DNA of 20,000 nucleotides from an uncultured virus (IMG/VR IMGVR_UViG_3300009159_000059). Taxonomy: Duplodnaviria > Heunggongvirae > Uroviricota > Caudoviricetes. The stretch is from IMG/VR virus record IMGVR_UViG_3300009159_000059. One strand, written 5' to 3'. Made by a program: the position numbers and the translations under genes. How positions within the stretch are numbered: the stretch's first letter is position 1; each line of letters starts with the position of its first letter. The notes beneath the pieces are model-generated. The model was given only the letters and a program-made list of their open reading frames with translations, ran no database searches and had not been told where the DNA came from. This document shows, one piece after another, positions 16,935 to 20,000 of the stretch.

Positions 16935-17558
16935 ATGGCAAGCAAGTTGAATTCGGAATTTAATTATCGTTACCAAGTCCAAGGCGAGACAGTCTGGGAA
17001 AAAATTAAAACCCTAAAGGGTTTTCTAGAGGGCCGAATAAGGGCAGCAGCTCTTGAAGAAATTAGCGAAAAGAAATACCAAGCTAAACTACTCGAATTAG
17101 AGCATCTTAAAAAGACTAATGCTTTACCGCACGTTATCCTTAATCTCGAAGCAGAGATTATGGAAACTGAAAGCTTTTTCCAAACACAGACTGAAGCTTT
17201 TAAATTGAATCTAGATGAAATAGCTATCTTAAATAAATTATTGGCTGAAGCTTATGAAATAGCAGAGCCGACAAGGATAGAAGGATACACCGATGAGCAG
17301 ATGTTCGAGGCAAATGCGGCAAATGAGTTCACAGTGATGATTGGTAAGGATATCCAAGCTGAGATAATTGCCCATGGCCGACCAAGCGCCGCAAAGATCA
17401 GAAATGCTATGTCTAACCCTATGACGCTATTAGCACTTCAGAACGCTGGTCTGATACCTAAAGAGGCCATCATGCTTCGTGGTAACGATAGTCCGCTGTC
17501 TATAGAACTTAAGCCTGCTGCTTTAGAAGACCGCTCTACACAACAGCTGATCCAATAA
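16935..17558 (+). CDS. Hypothetical alpha-helical / coiled-coil protein (207 aa)
   Basis: Strong SD. The E/K/L/A-rich amphipathic segments (e.g. EKKYQAKLLELEHLKK, FKLNLDEIAILNKLLAEAYE) suggest helices. No transmembrane segment or catalytic motif was recognised. Confidence 0.85.
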   Translation: MASKLNSEFNYRYQVQGETVWEKIKTLKGFLEGRIRAAALEEISEKKYQAKLLELEHLKKTNALPHVILNLEAEIMETESFFQTQTEAFKLNLDEIAILNKLLAEAYEIAEPTRIEGYTDEQMFEANAANEFTVMIGKDIQAEIIAHGRPSAAKIRNAMSNPMTLLALQNAGLIPKEAIMLRGNDSPLSIELKPAALEDRSTQQLIQ

Positions 17559-17597
17559 TATTATTAAATATAAATTTATTAAATCTTAACCGACAAA

Positions 17598-17605
17598 GAT
17601 AAATA
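17598..17605 (+). promoter_or_regulatory. Candidate T4-like late promoter
   Basis: GATAAATA is a 7/8 match to TATAAATA, in an AT-rich intergenic region ~33 nt before ATG 17638. A weaker TAAATA lies at 16909-16914. Confidence 0.35.
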
Positions 17606-17624
17606 GTGATGGATTTATCAGGTT

Positions 17625-17628
17625 GGAG
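17625..17628 (+). promoter_or_regulatory. Shine-Dalgarno site
   Basis: GGAG lies 9 nt upstream of ATG 17638. Confidence 0.65.
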
Positions 17629-17637
17629 TGAATATAA

Positions 17638-20000
17638 ATGGCATGGAAACAAGAGGCTATAATCTACCCCGGACGTAACGCTCCTCCAGCGCCAGTGCCG
17701 ACACCGACACCGACTCCAACACCAACCCCAACCCCAACACCTTTCAGTGCTCTAAAATATATCGCTACGGCTGGAAAAATTGGTGGGTTCGACAGTCTTA
17801 CACAAAAAGCCTGGATAGCTAATAATCTAAATAGCTGGGTGCCTTTCGACCTGCCAGTTTCAGGCAGTTGGACCAACAGCATTTATGGTAATGGCAGATT
17901 TGTACTGGCCGATCTTAATACCAAGCGTATATCTTTATCATCCACAGACGGTATAAATTGGACGCAAGGAATAATACCGCCAGATTTTATATCAACTAAC
18001 CCAAATCCGCCAAGACCATTATTTGTCTACGCCGCATCAGCATATTCCAACGGTATCTTCATCGTCATGAGTGATGATGGTAATTCTTGCATAAGATCTA
18101 CCGATGGCATAAATTGGGATTACATAATTATAAATACCGACAGACCAACCGGACCATCATCATATACCGGTATTGTTAATATTGCTGTTAATAACGTAAA
18201 CACGATTGCTTGTAGTGACGGCTTTGGTGGAGTATTATACTCTACCGATAACGGTATAAATTGGACTTGGAAAAGGATACTCGGAGATGCTAATGATATT
18301 TACGGGTGGTATGGTATCGCTTATGGAAAAGGCAAATTCGTTTTAATCCAAAATGGTGCGTCTTCTGGCACCAACACCAGAGGCAAAACCGCCATAACTA
18401 GCGATTTTATTTCTTTCACATATGGCAATATACCTAACGGTGGCTGGTATTTCGCTGGTTATAATCCTATCTTTGAAAAATATTACGCTTCTAGTTATAG
18501 CCCACGTAGCATTTATTCTAGTGTGGATGGTTTAACTTGGTCTTTAGAAATATCTGAAGTATTAACCTCTAGTCCTTATGTCTTTGATGGTAATAATTTA
18601 ATCGCGCCAAGCTATGTTTATTTGCCGCCTAATGGTGTATGGAAATATTTCAATATAGATCCAAACAATAATAGTAATGATTTTCTCGTCTCCGCTTCTT
18701 ATACTGCCCCAACTCCTGCACCGACCCCAACACCAACCCCAACACCGACACCGACTCCTACACCGACACCGACACCGACTCCTACACCGACACCAACTCC
18801 TACACCGACACCAACGCCGACTCCAACGCCAACACCTACACCAACACCTACTCCTACACCAACACCTACTCCGGCATTTTCTGGTTCTAGCGTTTACATA
18901 GGAAATTCTACACAAACACTTTCGATATTTTCGCGCGACGCTAGCACGGGGCTATTGTATGGTACATCTACAATTGCTTCAGGATCGTCAAGCGGTGCAA
19001 CTATCAATGGTGTTTGTGTTTCCGCTGATGGTACAAACGTTTATGCCCTTGATGTTGATAACACTAGAATTTTAATATTTAATCGCGACATCAACACTGG
19101 AGAGTTAACAGCTAATGGTATAATTAGCACAGGTAATGGTCTGTCTAGAGAAATTGCTATTTCTGCTGACGGCACATGCGTTTATGTGGTTAAAGTAGTT
19201 ACGAGTAATGTCGAGAATTTAGCCTTACTCTTCAATCGGAACATTAGTACAGGGGCATTATCAGCTGGGACTACAATAAGCACCGGAAACGATCCATCAG
19301 GAATATGCATTTCATCTGATGGCTCTAGTGTATATGTGGTTAATCAAACTTCTGAAACGGTTTCAATATTTTCTCGAAATACTAGCACAGGAGTATTAAC
19401 TTCCAATGGCACAGTACCCACAGATGTAAATCCTTGGAAAATCATTATTTCAGCAGATGGCGCAAGCGTTTATGTTCTTTATACAGACGCGAAAATGATA
19501 ATTTTTTCTCGCAACACTAGCACAGGAGCATTAACCGACAATGGAACGATTACATTATCGACTGGTATCAATCAGTATACATATGGTTTTTGCATTTCTG
19601 TAGATGGAAAAAACGTTTATGTGACTAATAATTATTTTAACGAAGTATTAATCTTTGATCGCAACACTTCCACAGGAGGGCTTACTTCTAATGGTAAATT
19701 AACCTTAGCAGGCTATAATTACCCACAAAAGATTTGTATTTCAGCCGATGGGAAAAATGTTTATGTGGTTTGGTATGGTTCTAATAAAACGTCCATCTTA
19801 GACCGAAACACTAGCACAGGGTCATTAAGCGAAAGTAGCATAATAGCGTCAGGAGATGGATTTTTAGGAATTTGCATATATCCTTTATCTAATTCACCAA
19901 CGCCAACGCCAACGCCAACACCAACACCAACACCAACACCAACACCAACACCAACACCAACACCAACACCAACACCAACACCAACACCAACACCAACACC
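17638..20000 (+). CDS. Anchorless modular beta-propeller protein, 3'-truncated (>787 aa), absent from the ORF track
   Basis: Translated by hand with no stop to the window end. An in-frame TAA immediately precedes the ATG. Order: [14 protein letters not shown] linker 17683-17742, Asp-box propeller (STDGINW repeats) ~17745-18705, PT linker 18709-18873, lactonase-like x7 ~18880-19884, PT linker from 19897. Confidence 0.9.
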   Translation, partial: MAWKQEAIIYPGRNAPPAPVPTPTPTPTPTPTPTPFSALKYIATAGKIGGFDSLTQKAWIANNLNSWVPFDLPVSGSWTNSIYGNGRFVLADLNTKRISLSSTDGINWTQGIIPPDFISTNPNPPRPLFVYAASAYSNGIFIVMSDDGNSCIRSTDGINWDYIIINTDRPTGPSSYTGIVNIAVNNVNTIACSDGFGGVLYSTDNGINWTWKRILGDANDIYGWYGIAYGKGKFVLIQNGASSGTNTRGKTAITSDFISFTYGNIPNGGWYFAGYNPIFEKYYASSYSPRSIYSSVDGLTWSLEISEVLTSSPYVFDGNNLIAPSYVYLPPNGVWKYFNIDPNNNSNDFLVSASYTAPTPAPTPTPTPTPTPTPTPTPTPTPTPTPTPTPTPTPTPTPTPTPTPTPTPTPTPAFSGSSVYIGNSTQTLSIFSRDASTGLLYGTSTIASGSSSGATINGVCVSADGTNVYALDVDNTRILIFNRDINTGELTANGIISTGNGLSREIAISADGTCVYVVKVVTSNVENLALLFNRNISTGALSAGTTISTGNDPSGICISSDGSSVYVVNQTSETVSIFSRNTSTGVLTSNGTVPTDVNPWKIIISADGASVYVLYTDAKMIIFSRNTSTGALTDNGTITLSTGINQYTYGFCISVDGKNVYVTNNYFNEVLIFDRNTSTGGLTSNGKLTLAGYNYPQKICISADGKNVYVVWYGSNKTSILDRNTSTGSLSESSIIASGDGFLGICIYPLSNSPTPTPTPTPTPTPTPTPTPTPTPTPTPTPTPTPT
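18709..18873 (+). repeat. Long Pro-Thr linker (55 aa) with 18-bp higher-order units
   Basis: 25 consecutive PT pairs at 18721-18870. CCGACACCGACTCCTACA occurs at 18745 and 18769, with a variant at 18787. Confidence 0.95.
19897..20000 (+). repeat. Pro-Thr linker, perfect microsatellite running off the window
   Basis: (CCAACG)3 followed by at least 14 perfect CCAACA units. Confidence 0.95.

Noticed and set aside
18677..18901. His/Arg/Gln-rich 74-aa ORF
   Set aside because: It is an out-of-frame reading of the PT linker in the 17638 ORF.
366..18915. Numerous minus-strand ORFs, including GVGVGV-, VPP- and CR-repeat ones
   Set aside because: They are antisense shadows of the long plus-strand genes and their PT/TGG repeats, with no independent coding evidence.
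1..20000. Stop-codon reassignment, since five of six genes share frame 1
   Set aside because: Very long ORFs are intact under the standard code. Boundaries use TAA or TGA-TAG followed by plausible SD plus ATG starts.

Overview
This window is a dense, all-plus-strand cluster of six genes that most likely comes from a large tailed bacteriophage. The evidence is Mtd-type fibre N-termini, Shine-Dalgarno sites and no signal peptides. It encodes giant modular adhesin or fibre proteins in which beta-propellers of several families (RCC1, FG-GAP, Asp-box/BNR, lactonase/YVTN-like, Kelch-like) are strung on Pro-Thr linkers. In order: a 5'-truncated FG-GAP protein; a 211-aa stand-alone fibre anchor; a 3921-aa protein with a paralogous anchor and 9 complete propellers; an anchorless 1309-aa protein; a 207-aa helical protein; and a >787-aa ORF (17638 to the window end) missing from the ORF track. 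The main observation comes from hand-counting repeats. Most modules have a full blade set, but the 3921-aa protein carries an isolated single RCC1 repeat while the next gene starts with exactly six (1+6=7). Its FG-GAP domain also stops mid-blade, and the last ORF starts with what looks like the missing strand. I infer split-propeller complementation used as a docking system to build a branched multi-adhesin fibre. Domain calls come from motif recognition only; no searches were run.
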